A DNA stretch of 31,592 nucleotides from a virus. Its lineage: Duplodnaviria; Caudoviricetes. Below the pieces are notes generated by a model that did no database searches, was not told the DNA's origin, and saw only the letters and a program-made list of their open reading frames with translations. Location: positions 1-31,592 of the IMG/VR virus record IMGVR_UViG_3300031833_000016; one strand, given 5' to 3'. Numbering within the stretch: the first letter of the stretch is position 1; every line of letters starts with the position of its first letter. The translations under genes and the position numbers were made by a program. Shown piece after piece: positions 8,328 through 16,564 of the stretch.

Positions 8328-8815
8328 CCACGCCATACACCCCGTTCGCCCCGAGCCAGGCGGGCCTGGCCGTGTTCTACACCTCCACGGTGCAGGTGCT
8401 GCGGCTGACCGAGACGCTGCAGGCCGGCGGCGGCATGACCATGTCCTGGCAGCCGGTGACCACCATCGTGGACCCGCTGACCAGCGTGGTGGGCCAGCTG
8501 CGCTGCCGGATCGACCTGACCCACCTGCGGCCGGGCAAGGACCTGCCGTCGCCCATGGTGGCGGGCCGCGCCCCGGACCGGGTGGGCGTGATGTACTTCA
8601 GCCTGTCCCCGGACGCCAACGGCGCGCCGCAGGTGCTGGCCGCGGACCGGGTGCGCTGCGTGGCCGGGCCGATCTTCGGCACCTTCGAGGTGCGGCTGAT
8701 CCCCGACGTCGCGCAGGACCTGACCGGCGCCCACCACGCCGAGGTGCAGGTCATCGAGGTGTCCCAGCAGCTCGGCACGGGCAGCCCGACCCCGTTCCCC
8801 GGCAGTCAGCCCTGA
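8324..8815 (+). CDS. Head-closure / stopper-like protein
   Basis: Beta-rich, ends HHAEVQVIEV like SPP1 gp16-type stoppers; synteny. Confidence 0.6.
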   Translation: MTTPYTPFAPSQAGLAVFYTSTVQVLRLTETLQAGGGMTMSWQPVTTIVDPLTSVVGQLRCRIDLTHLRPGKDLPSPMVAGRAPDRVGVMYFSLSPDANGAPQVLAADRVRCVAGPIFGTFEVRLIPDVAQDLTGAHHAEVQVIEVSQQLGTGSPTPFPGSQP

Positions 8816-8816
8816 G

Positions 8817-9239
8817 ATGGGCGTCGTCTACGTCACCGTCGACCTGGACGGCGCCGGCGACGAGCTGGACCGGCTGGCCAGGGGGCCCGGCCCGGCCACG
8901 ATCGGCCGCTGGGAGGGCGCGCTGCTGATGTGCTACGCCGTCAGCGAGGCCCGGGCGCACGTCATCACCGGGTTCCTGAAAGCCTCCGGGCACCCCGAGT
9001 CCAGCTTCACCGCGGGCGAGTGGTCCGGCCAGGTGAATTTCGCCCGGCACCCGGGCATCTTCGAGCTGGCCCGGGACGACCGGCCGACCCGGCACCACGC
9101 CGGCGGCCACTACTTCTTCGACCCGGGCGGGCCGGAGTTCGAGCGCGAGGTGCGGCAGGCGCTGTGGGACTGGGTGACCGACGGCAAGGGCGGCCCGGCC
9201 CCGGCCGGAGGCCTGGGCCCGTACTCCGGCGGGTACTGA
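8817..9239 (+). CDS. Neck / tail completion protein (HK97 gp10-like)
   Basis: AHVITGFLKASG resembles the gp10-type (P)V.TG.L..S motif; synteny. Confidence 0.6.
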   Translation: MGVVYVTVDLDGAGDELDRLARGPGPATIGRWEGALLMCYAVSEARAHVITGFLKASGHPESSFTAGEWSGQVNFARHPGIFELARDDRPTRHHAGGHYFFDPGGPEFEREVRQALWDWVTDGKGGPAPAGGLGPYSGGY

Positions 9240-9422
9240 CGGGCCGGGCCTCCTTAGCTGACCACGAGGAAGACCCGGCCCGGACCGCCGTAGCGGGAGA
9301 GGTTCCAGCGCACCTTGGGGAAGTGAGGTGACGAGCCATGATTGCCCGGCGGCGCGGTATGGTCCCTGAGCGGGTTCCCACTGTAGTCCCCCGCCGGGCC
9401 CGCTGTCCCGATATTGCCGGAC

Positions 9423-9938
9423 GTGGATGATGTCGCGTCGGGCGCTGTTCGCTACCTGGCCGCCTTCCCCGATGTCACCGGGCTGCTCGGGGCCTTCCCC
9501 GCCGGCGACCCGATCGCGGCGAACGCCGGCCAGCCGTGGCTGTTCGCCGACACCAACGCCGGGGTCCTCAAGGTCATGGAGGGCAGCTCGGCCGCCGCGG
9601 TGGTGTGCGGTGACTTCGGCGGCTGGTCGGTGGCCGAGCCGCTCGGCACGCTGCGGTTCAGGCGGCTCCGCCTGGACGTGTGGGTGGACCCGGTGCGGGA
9701 CTCCGGCTCCAATGTCACCGAGTCCAGCAGCCTGACCACTAACCGGGGCCTGGCCGTGTTCGCCGCGGTGCAGTTCCGGCTGCAGCGCACCGACCCGGAC
9801 GCGGTGCTGTGGGGCAACCTGGTCACCACCGACTGCCACCTGCTCACCGACATCCAGTTCCTGCCGGTGCCGGACGGCGACATGCTGCAGCGGGGCACGG
9901 CCTACTACGGCGTGAGTTGCGCAGGGTGGGCCGGTTAG
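9423..9938 (+). CDS. Tail terminator-like protein
   Basis: Size, RLRLDVWVD strand and position after the neck gene; start GTG 9423 (alternative TTG 9414). Confidence 0.55.
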   Translation: MDDVASGAVRYLAAFPDVTGLLGAFPAGDPIAANAGQPWLFADTNAGVLKVMEGSSAAAVVCGDFGGWSVAEPLGTLRFRRLRLDVWVDPVRDSGSNVTESSSLTTNRGLAVFAAVQFRLQRTDPDAVLWGNLVTTDCHLLTDIQFLPVPDGDMLQRGTAYYGVSCAGWAG

Positions 9939-9965
9939 CCGGTTGGGCGCCCCGTAGTACGGGGT

Positions 9966-10508
9966 ATGGGACGAATCGCGCGTGATGTAGCTGAGCGCTT
10001 CTGGGAGAAGGTGGATCGCCGGGGTCCTGGTGAATGCTGGCCCTGGCAGGCAGGCTGCAGTCGGCAGGGGTACGGGAAGTTCGAGCTGAACCCAGGTCAG
10101 CTCGAAGTTGTTCGGGTGGGGCATTATCCGGCGCACCGGGTGGCTTACCGCTTGATTCACGGACGGTGGCCGGTACCGCACGGCCTGCACGGGTGTGACA
10201 ATCCGCCGTGTTGCAACGCAGAGAACCCGGAGCATGTGCACGAGGGCACTCCAGCGCAGAACATCCAGGAAATGTACGATCGCGGACGGGCTGATGCTTC
10301 CCGTCAAGCGGCCAGTCTCCGGCTCCGGTCTGCTGTCCATCCTTGTGGAGGTGACAGCCCCTGTTCGGCTCTCACCTGGGCGCAGGCCGAGGAGATCCGT
10401 GTTCGTTACGCAGCGGGCGGAGTGTCATGCGAGACTCTTGGTTTGCGTTATGGCGTTAGCGAGATGACTGTGAGTCGTCTCGTACGTGGGCTGCGCTACG
10501 TCCGATTA
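9966..10508 (+). CDS. HNH homing endonuclease with C-terminal HTH; coding signal ends at TTA 10506-10508 (formal ORF runs to 10964)
   Basis: RFWEKVD...CWPWQ...GYG, AHRVAY, LHGCDNPPCCN..H..EGT..QN; HTH LTWAQAEEIR...YGVSEMTVSRLVRG. Downstream ORF overlaps the next gene. Confidence 0.8.
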
Positions 10509-10544
10509 TGCTGCTCGCCGCTCAAGAGCCGGGGAGGTGGTTCA

Positions 10545-11788
10545 GTGACCGGGCAGCGCCCCCTGAAGGTGATTGTCAAGTCACCATTTTTAGCCAGTAC
10601 AGCGGCTACGGCACCGACGGCTTCGGGCTGCTCCGCGCGCTGCACCGCTGGGGCTGCGAGGTCTACCCGCAGCCGGTCTGGGTGGACGTCCCCATCCCGG
10701 GCGACCTGCTGCACCTGTTCGGCCGCACCCTGGCCGCGCCGTTCGACTTGCTCATCAATCACTGGGACCCCGGCCACCTGTTCATCACCAGGGAGGCCCG
10801 CCTGGCCACCCGGGTGGCGGTGGCGTGGACCATGTGGGAGTTCGCCGGCGGCCCGGGCAAGGACGGCCAGGGCGTGTCCGGGCTGGTGCCGCACTGCAAG
10901 GGCCGCACCCTGCTGCCGCGGAACCTGCGCTGGTTCGACATGCTGCTGGGCTATGACGAGGTGAGCCTGGCCGCCCTGGAGCCCTACACCCCGCGCAAGG
11001 TGCGCCGCGGCGTGCTCCAGGGCGGCTATGACAGCAGCGACTGGCGTCCGCTGAGCCGGGACTGGGACAGCCCCCGGTTCGGCTTCCTGATGCACGGCGC
11101 GCTGAACAAGCGCAAGGCCCCGTGGACCGCCGTGCAGGCGTTCACCGCGCTGAAGTTCGAGCGGCCCGGCCCCTGGCCCGAGGGCTTCGACGACGCCAGC
11201 CTGGCGCTGCACACGGTCGCGCCGGGGGACCTGTTCCCCGAGCTGAACGAGCCCTTCGAGGCCCAGCGGATCAAGGTGTTCGTCGACGCGTTCGACCACC
11301 GCACGCTGGAGGAGTTCTACAAGGCCGGGCACTGCCTGCTGGCGCCGTCCCTGGGCGAGGGCAAGAACCTGCCGGCGCTGGAGTTCATGACCACGGGCGG
11401 GGCGGTCGCGGCCACCGCGTTCGGCGGCCACATGCAGTGGATGAACGCGGACTACGCCTACCCGCTGGAGTACGAGCTGACCCCGACGTTCGAGCAGTGC
11501 CCGTGGGGCGCGCACAGCGCCCGGGTGCCCATCGAGCACCTCAAGGACGTCATCTGGCACATCTACGCGCACCGTGACGAGGCCCGCCGCAAGGGCGCGC
11601 TGGCCGTTGACGTCATCCCCAAGATGTGCGACTGGCAGGTGGTGCTGGAGGCGCTGTTCCGGCGCATCCGGGACGAGGTGAAGGGCCCCGGCCCGGCCAT
11701 CTACGACCTGGCCATGGGCTGCCGCCAGGAGGACGGGGACCTCAGCCTGGGCGCCCTGATGGCCCCGGCCGGGTGGAGGCGGGCGTGA
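10545..11788 (+). CDS. Glycosyltransferase GT-B/GT4-like, with frame break at 10587-10592
   Basis: SD GGAGGT then GTG 10545: MTGQRPLKVIVKSPF; continues in another frame SQYSGYG...; RK, PSLGEGKNLPALEFM (EX7E) motifs. Confidence 0.8.
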
Positions 11789-12087
11789 TGGTGACGATCA
11801 GCCCGGGCATGGCGGCGGAGGACCTGATCGTGGTCGAGGTGCGGTGCCCGGTCCCGGCGGAGCTGCCCAGCGGGCGGTGCAGGCCGGGCCGCCTGCTGCT
11901 GAAGCTGCGGCTGCGCGGCGAGGTGCCGTCCTACGTGCACCCGGACAACCTCATCGAGCTGAGCTGCGAGGACTGCAAGTACCGGCTGAAGCTGGCCGGG
12001 GTCCGGGTGGGCCGGGTGCTGCACCGCTACGACCTGGCCGGCGTCCTTTGGGAGACTCTGACTGAGGGAGGCCCTGGTCTCGGGTTA
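11788..12087 (+). CDS. Hypothetical Cys-containing protein; coding signal ends at TTA 12085-12087 (formal ORF runs to 12321)
   Basis: TGATG coupling with upstream gene; EVRC...C...LIELSCEDC; sequence after TTA overlaps the next gene out of frame. Confidence 0.65.
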
Positions 12088-12113
12088 AGCTCGCCTCTCA
12101 GGAGGTGGGGGCG

Positions 12114-12356
12114 GTGGCGCGGTCGGGAACGATCAGGCGTGATGCCAAGCAGATGCCCTGGTACCACGTGCCGCTGCCGCGGTGCGAGGCGCGGCGGAAG
12201 GCCGACGATGCGCAGTGCGTCTTCAGCGCCCGGTACGAGGGCCACCCGCATAACGGCAACGGCCAGCCGGTCGGGCTGTGCAAGACCCACGCGGACATGG
12301 CCGACTTCCCGACCCGGCTGATCCGCGTGAAGAAGATTACGCTCCGGAGGGCCTGA
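12114..12356 (+). CDS. Small hypothetical protein with Cys/His (possible Zn binding)
   Basis: SD AGGAGGT before GTG 12114; C...C...LCKTH; GC3-rich codons. Confidence 0.6.
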   Translation: MARSGTIRRDAKQMPWYHVPLPRCEARRKADDAQCVFSARYEGHPHNGNGQPVGLCKTHADMADFPTRLIRVKKITLRRA

Positions 12357-12652
12357 TGACGGATGATCCCGGGCTGGTGTTCCCCCGCACCGAGGTGCCG
12401 GCCGAGGTGGCGGAGGCGCTGGTCTCCATCGCCACCTTCGCCGCTGACCACGAGGCCATGAAGCCCAGGCCGCGCAGCGCCGTCCGCAACCCGGACGGCG
12501 GAGTCCAGGGCGAGACGCAGGCCGAGCTGACCCGGCGCCTGGTCGGCGCTGCCGTGCTGCACCTGGTGGAGATCGGCCTGCTGGTCGTGCCGGAGGACTT
12601 CGCCGCCCGGCTGGACGACTGGCTGCCGGTGTCCCGGGACGCCGGGCGCTAG
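12356..12652 (+). CDS. Hypothetical protein
   Basis: TGATG overlap, GGAGG upstream, coding-like codon use. Confidence 0.6.
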   Translation: MTDDPGLVFPRTEVPAEVAEALVSIATFAADHEAMKPRPRSAVRNPDGGVQGETQAELTRRLVGAAVLHLVEIGLLVVPEDFAARLDDWLPVSRDAGR

Positions 12653-12925
12653 ATGCCGGGGATGCGGTTCGTCCCCGGCGGCGTGCATCGGGAGCGGGAC
12701 GGCAACAAGCGGCCGGCCGAGTGGTACATCATCTGGCTGGGCGTGCCGCGTGCCGAGGGAAGCGTGATCATCGGCCGGTCCCGGCGGCTGCGGCGGCACC
12801 AGGAGCACCGGTTCTTCCCTGAGACCGGCGAGCCCTGCCGCGAGATCCAGGGCTGGGTCAAGGGCGTGCAGTGGCTGCTGGAGGTCCGCGAAAGTCACGC
12901 GGAGGTCACGGAAGATAGTCCGTGA
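12653..12925 (+). CDS. Hypothetical protein
   Basis: ATG abuts upstream TAG; coding-like codon use. Confidence 0.55.
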   Translation: MPGMRFVPGGVHRERDGNKRPAEWYIIWLGVPRAEGSVIIGRSRRLRRHQEHRFFPETGEPCREIQGWVKGVQWLLEVRESHAEVTEDSP

Positions 12926-13054
12926 CCTGCGGAGTTTACCTGCGGGACACCTTGCCCGCTTGTTAGGGTCGCCCCGTTCAGTAACCTACTGGCCCGCAGG
13001 AGGCCAGCCGCAGGGTACTGGCGCGGCCGGGGCTCCTGCCGGGCGGGGAGAGCC

Positions 13055-13867
13055 ATGCTGGAGTATGCCCGAAGTACCATCCGAGCGGCCAGGCTGGCCG
13101 CCCTGCTCGCCGTCGCGGCGGCTGCCGCCATCGTGCTGCCGCGCGTTCCTGCCCACCCGCCGCCGCAGGCGCCGGACCGGCTGGAGCCGGCCGGGCCGCA
13201 CGGCGGCCACCGCCTGATCCTCCTGGCGGGCTACCAGAGGCCGCTGGCGGCCCGCGTGTCCCGGTCCGGCCGGACGTACCTGATCCGGCCCGGCGACACG
13301 CTGGGGGCCATCTCAGAGCGTTTCTGCGGCACCCGGGCCGACTACCCGGGCCTGGCCGCGGCCAACGGGATCGGTGACCCGGACCTGATCTACGCCTGGC
13401 ACGCCATCCGGATCGTCTGCCAGGCCGGCGGGTTCCGGCCCGGCGGCGGCGGCCGGGCCATCCGCCACGCCAGCTCCGGCGGCCGGGTTTGGGGGATCAC
13501 CTACGGGTACCCCAACTTCTGCGGCGACGGCGACGGCGACGGCTGGGACGTCAGCTGCTCGACCCGGCACCACCACGAGTCAGGGGGGCGCCACCTGGCC
13601 CGGGCGGCTGTCGCCGTCGGCAGCTACCGGGCCGCGCCGGGCTCGTTCGAGTCCTGTGTCATCGCCCGCGAGTCCGGCGGCCGGGCCGACGCGGTCAACC
13701 CCACGTCCGGGGCGGGCGGCCTGTACGGGTTCCTGCCGTCCACCTGGCACGCGCTCGGCTACTCCGGGCTCCCGGAATACGCCCCCGCCTGGCTGCAGCA
13801 CCAGGCCTTCGAGAAGGAGTACGCCATCGCCGGGACCAGCCCCTGGTCGCCCTACGACCATTGTTAG
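13055..13867 (+). CDS. Secreted LysM + Rpf/SceD-like transglycosylase domain protein
   Basis: Signal-like hydrophobic N-terminus; LysM (YLIRPGDTLGAIS...LAAANGIGDPDLIY); CVIARESGG...NPTSGAGGLYGF...TW...Q...PW lysozyme-like domain with catalytic Glu. Confidence 0.85.
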   Translation: MLEYARSTIRAARLAALLAVAAAAAIVLPRVPAHPPPQAPDRLEPAGPHGGHRLILLAGYQRPLAARVSRSGRTYLIRPGDTLGAISERFCGTRADYPGLAAANGIGDPDLIYAWHAIRIVCQAGGFRPGGGGRAIRHASSGGRVWGITYGYPNFCGDGDGDGWDVSCSTRHHHESGGRHLARAAVAVGSYRAAPGSFESCVIARESGGRADAVNPTSGAGGLYGFLPSTWHALGYSGLPEYAPAWLQHQAFEKEYAIAGTSPWSPYDHC

Positions 13868-13909
13868 ATGTGTGATGGAGGTAGTCTGCAGCCGTCATAT
13901 GCTTAGCGC

Positions 13910-14458
13910 ATGCAGCTACCTCCTCGCATAGATGAGAAGTTTGGCCGTTGGACTGTGACCGGCGAAGTCTCCTGGCCGGGCGGCCGGGCGGCGGTCCCGT
14001 GTCGGTGTGATTGCGGGACTGAGCGTCTTGTGCTGGTGCAGAGCCTTCGTCGAAAGAACCGGGCCAACCCGAGTTGCGGGTGCTGGAGGCGTGAGCGAAC
14101 AGCAACGATCGTCAGTGAGACACGTTGGAAGGATTCGCATGGCCTCAGGGGGCACCCTCTCTATCAGACTTGGCGCGGCATGATGAGACGGTGTTACGAC
14201 GAAACGGACTTCCATTACCCGCGCTGGGGCGGTCGCGGCATCGAGGTCTGCCGGGAATGGCACGACGTGCGGGTCTTCGTCGCGTGGATCGAGGCCAACC
14301 TAGGTCAGCGGCCTCCTGGTCACAGCCTGGACCGCAAGGACAACGATGGCCCGTATGCCTGGTGGAACGTCCACTGGGCGACGGCCCTGCAGCAGTACGA
14401 GAACAGCAGGCTGCTGCGTGATCCCGGCACAGGCCGTTTCCTGTCTCCCGACGACTGA
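13910..14458 (+). CDS. HNH-type homing endonuclease (paralog of 7021..7752)
   Basis: CRCDCG, SCGC, HPLYQTWRGMMRRC, GGRGIEVC, SLDRKDNDGPY...N..WAT; TATGCT (13898-13903) 6 nt before ATG. Confidence 0.85.
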   Translation: MQLPPRIDEKFGRWTVTGEVSWPGGRAAVPCRCDCGTERLVLVQSLRRKNRANPSCGCWRRERTATIVSETRWKDSHGLRGHPLYQTWRGMMRRCYDETDFHYPRWGGRGIEVCREWHDVRVFVAWIEANLGQRPPGHSLDRKDNDGPYAWWNVHWATALQQYENSRLLRDPGTGRFLSPDD

Positions 14459-14471
14459 CGGGGCCGATGAC

Positions 14472-14501
14472 GAGGGCGGAGGACCACGGGCCTCCGCCCT
14501 C
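14472..14501 (+). terminator. Strong stem-loop between endonuclease and peptidase genes
   Basis: GAGGGCGGAGG / CCTCCGCCCTC 11-bp perfect stem, extendable by GAC/GTC; no U-tract, so it could be a 5' UTR structure instead. Confidence 0.5.
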
Positions 14502-14521
14502 TCGTCGTCCCTGGAGGCGTC

Positions 14522-15334
14522 ATGCCCGAGCCCGGCGCGTATGGCCGGAGAACCCCCAAGCGCGGCCCCGCCCTGCAGTTCAGCCGGTGGCGGGCCGGGG
14601 CCCCGCTGCTGTACCCGTCCGGGGTCGACTACCTGGCCCGGCTGAACGGCGGCTGGCAGATGCTCTCCAACGACGTGGCCGGCGACTGCGTGTCCGTCAC
14701 CTGGGCCAATGCCCGCCGCCTGGTCACCTCGCTGCTGGCCCCGCCGGGGCACTACCCCACCCAGGACCAGGTGTGGGCCTTCTACAAGACCCAGAACCCC
14801 GGCTTCGACCCGGCCGGCACCGCGGACACCAACGGGCCGGGCAGCCGCGAGGACAACGGGATGGACATCCAGACCGCGCTGGAGACCCTGGTCCGCGACG
14901 GCGGCCCGGACGGGGCCAAGGCGCTGGCTTTCGGCAAGGTCGACACTCGCGACGTCAGCGAGGTCAAGGACGCCATCGCCGTCTTCGGCTATGTCTGGAC
15001 CGGGGTGAACGTGCAGGCCGCTAACCTCGACCAGTTCCGCGCCGGGAGGCCCTGGGACTACGTGGCCGGCAGCCCGCCGGACGGCGGGCACTCCGTGCTC
15101 ACCGGGGGCTACGGGCTGCCCGGCGGCGGCGCGCTGGCCGGCGACGAGAAGTTCATCACCTGGGCGGCCGAGACCAGCTTCACCGACGCCTACTGGGGCA
15201 GCCAGGCCGAGGAGGCCTGGGTGTGCATCTGGCCTGAGCACCTGGGCTCCCGCGCGTTCGCCGAGGGAGTCGATAGGACCGCGCTCGCGGCCGACTTCTT
15301 GCAGGTGACCGGCCGCCCGCTGAGCCTGGGCTGA
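14522..15334 (+). CDS. Papain-like cysteine peptidase, candidate endolysin
   Basis: NDVAGDC (catalytic Cys), DNG, GGHSV..GY (His), ITW pattern; SD GGAGG; precedes two membrane-protein genes. Confidence 0.6.
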   Translation: MPEPGAYGRRTPKRGPALQFSRWRAGAPLLYPSGVDYLARLNGGWQMLSNDVAGDCVSVTWANARRLVTSLLAPPGHYPTQDQVWAFYKTQNPGFDPAGTADTNGPGSREDNGMDIQTALETLVRDGGPDGAKALAFGKVDTRDVSEVKDAIAVFGYVWTGVNVQAANLDQFRAGRPWDYVAGSPPDGGHSVLTGGYGLPGGGALAGDEKFITWAAETSFTDAYWGSQAEEAWVCIWPEHLGSRAFAEGVDRTALAADFLQVTGRPLSLG

Positions 15335-15342
15335 GGCGCGCC

Positions 15343-15651
15343 GTGCACCCGGGCGTCGTCATCGGCGGGCTGGCCGGGCTGAGCGCCGCGCTATCCCTGG
15401 TGACCGCCATCGGCCGGGCGCTGTACAAGGCGGTGGCCACCGCCCAGCAGAATGCCGGGGCCGTCGAGAAGCTGGTCACTGACGTGGCCGAGCTGCAGGA
15501 CCAGGCGACCGCGCATGACGCCCAGCTGGGCCAGCTCGGCAAGGTGCTCGCTGACGTGGGCGAGCTGCAGGACCAGGCGCACGACCACGACACCCGGCTG
15601 GCCGTCATGGAGGCGCTCGGGGAGAACGACCCGCAGGACGGTGGCAAGTGA
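15343..15651 (+). CDS. Membrane protein with N-terminal TM and coiled coil (lysis cassette candidate)
   Basis: Hydrophobic N-terminus; internal duplication DV(A/G)ELQDQA at 15481-15507 and 15553-15579. Confidence 0.6.
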   Translation: MHPGVVIGGLAGLSAALSLVTAIGRALYKAVATAQQNAGAVEKLVTDVAELQDQATAHDAQLGQLGKVLADVGELQDQAHDHDTRLAVMEALGENDPQDGGK

Positions 15652-15881
15652 AGAGGCTGGCCACCCCGCAGGCGCTCGTCATCGGCGCCGCGGTCCTGGC
15701 CGGGCTGGTGGTGCTGTTCCTGGCCGGGATCTACGTGCTGGTCAGCTGGTACGTCCAGGCCAACGATGACCGCTGGTGCTCGTACTTTGCGGTGGTGACC
15801 CAGCACGTGCCGGGGGACGGGGACCGTGCCCTGGTCATCGAGCTGCGGCAGGCCGAGCGGGAGGCGGGCTGCGGTCGATTA
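15648..15881 (+). CDS. Single-TM membrane protein with two Cys; ends at TTA, no stop before the major tail gene
   Basis: GTGA overlap start; TM helix; RWC...EAGC; then GGT CGA TTA and an in-frame run into ATG 15924. Confidence 0.65.
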
Positions 15882-15923
15882 TCCACGGCAGACGCACTCG
15901 CCGAGCCAGGAGGGCACGCGGGC

Positions 15924-16562
15924 ATGGCCACACTAGCAAGCTCGTACGCAGGTACCCCGTTCGAGGGCTTCTCGCTCTCCCACGCAGCCATCCTGAACGG
16001 CGCGACCGGCGCGGAGGCCTCCACGGTCTATGGCGTGCGGAATGGCACGATCAGCACCGACCAGGGCAACTTTGAAAACACCGGTGACGATGTTGTCCTG
16101 TCCGAGCATTTCTGGATCAATTTCGCGAACGTGACCATTGAAGAAGGCTTCGTGCCATTCTCCACGATCGCGCTGATCACCGGTACGACGGTCACTAGCT
16201 CGGGCGCAGCGGGTGCTGACTACTACGCTATTCCGCTGTGGACGCTCAACTCGATGAACGCTGTCACCCAGCCGCTAGCAATTCGCGTGCCGTCAAAGGA
16301 CGCGGGCGGGCAGGTACGGACGCTCGATTTCGTCCTTTACCGCGTGCAATTCCAGCCCTTTAACTTTACTGGTCCGTCGTACAAGACCGGCCTTTCCTGT
16401 TCCATCGCGGGGCGCGCGCTATTCAGCGGCGTGAACGAGATCGGCGGGGCGCTGCCCGCGTCCTACCCGCAGTCGATTGGCCGCCTGGTGGCCTGGCCGG
16501 GTGCCCAGACCGGAGCGTTCGTCCCCGAGCCGTTCGGCGCGGGCGGCGGCACGATCGTCTAG
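15924..16562 (+). CDS. Major tail (tube) protein
   Basis: Own SD AGGAGG; beta-rich ~212 aa (YGVRNGTISTDQGNFENTGDD...LYRVQF); upstream of tail chaperones and tape measure. Confidence 0.75.
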   Translation: MATLASSYAGTPFEGFSLSHAAILNGATGAEASTVYGVRNGTISTDQGNFENTGDDVVLSEHFWINFANVTIEEGFVPFSTIALITGTTVTSSGAAGADYYAIPLWTLNSMNAVTQPLAIRVPSKDAGGQVRTLDFVLYRVQFQPFNFTGPSYKTGLSCSIAGRALFSGVNEIGGALPASYPQSIGRLVAWPGAQTGAFVPEPFGAGGGTIV

Positions 16563-16564
16563 CC

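Noticed and set aside
12960-13000. c-di-AMP (ydaO) riboswitch upstream of the Rpf-like gene
   Set aside because: CCCGTTCAGTAACC only loosely resembles the 3' consensus and I cannot find the 5' conserved elements; not supportable without an Infernal search.
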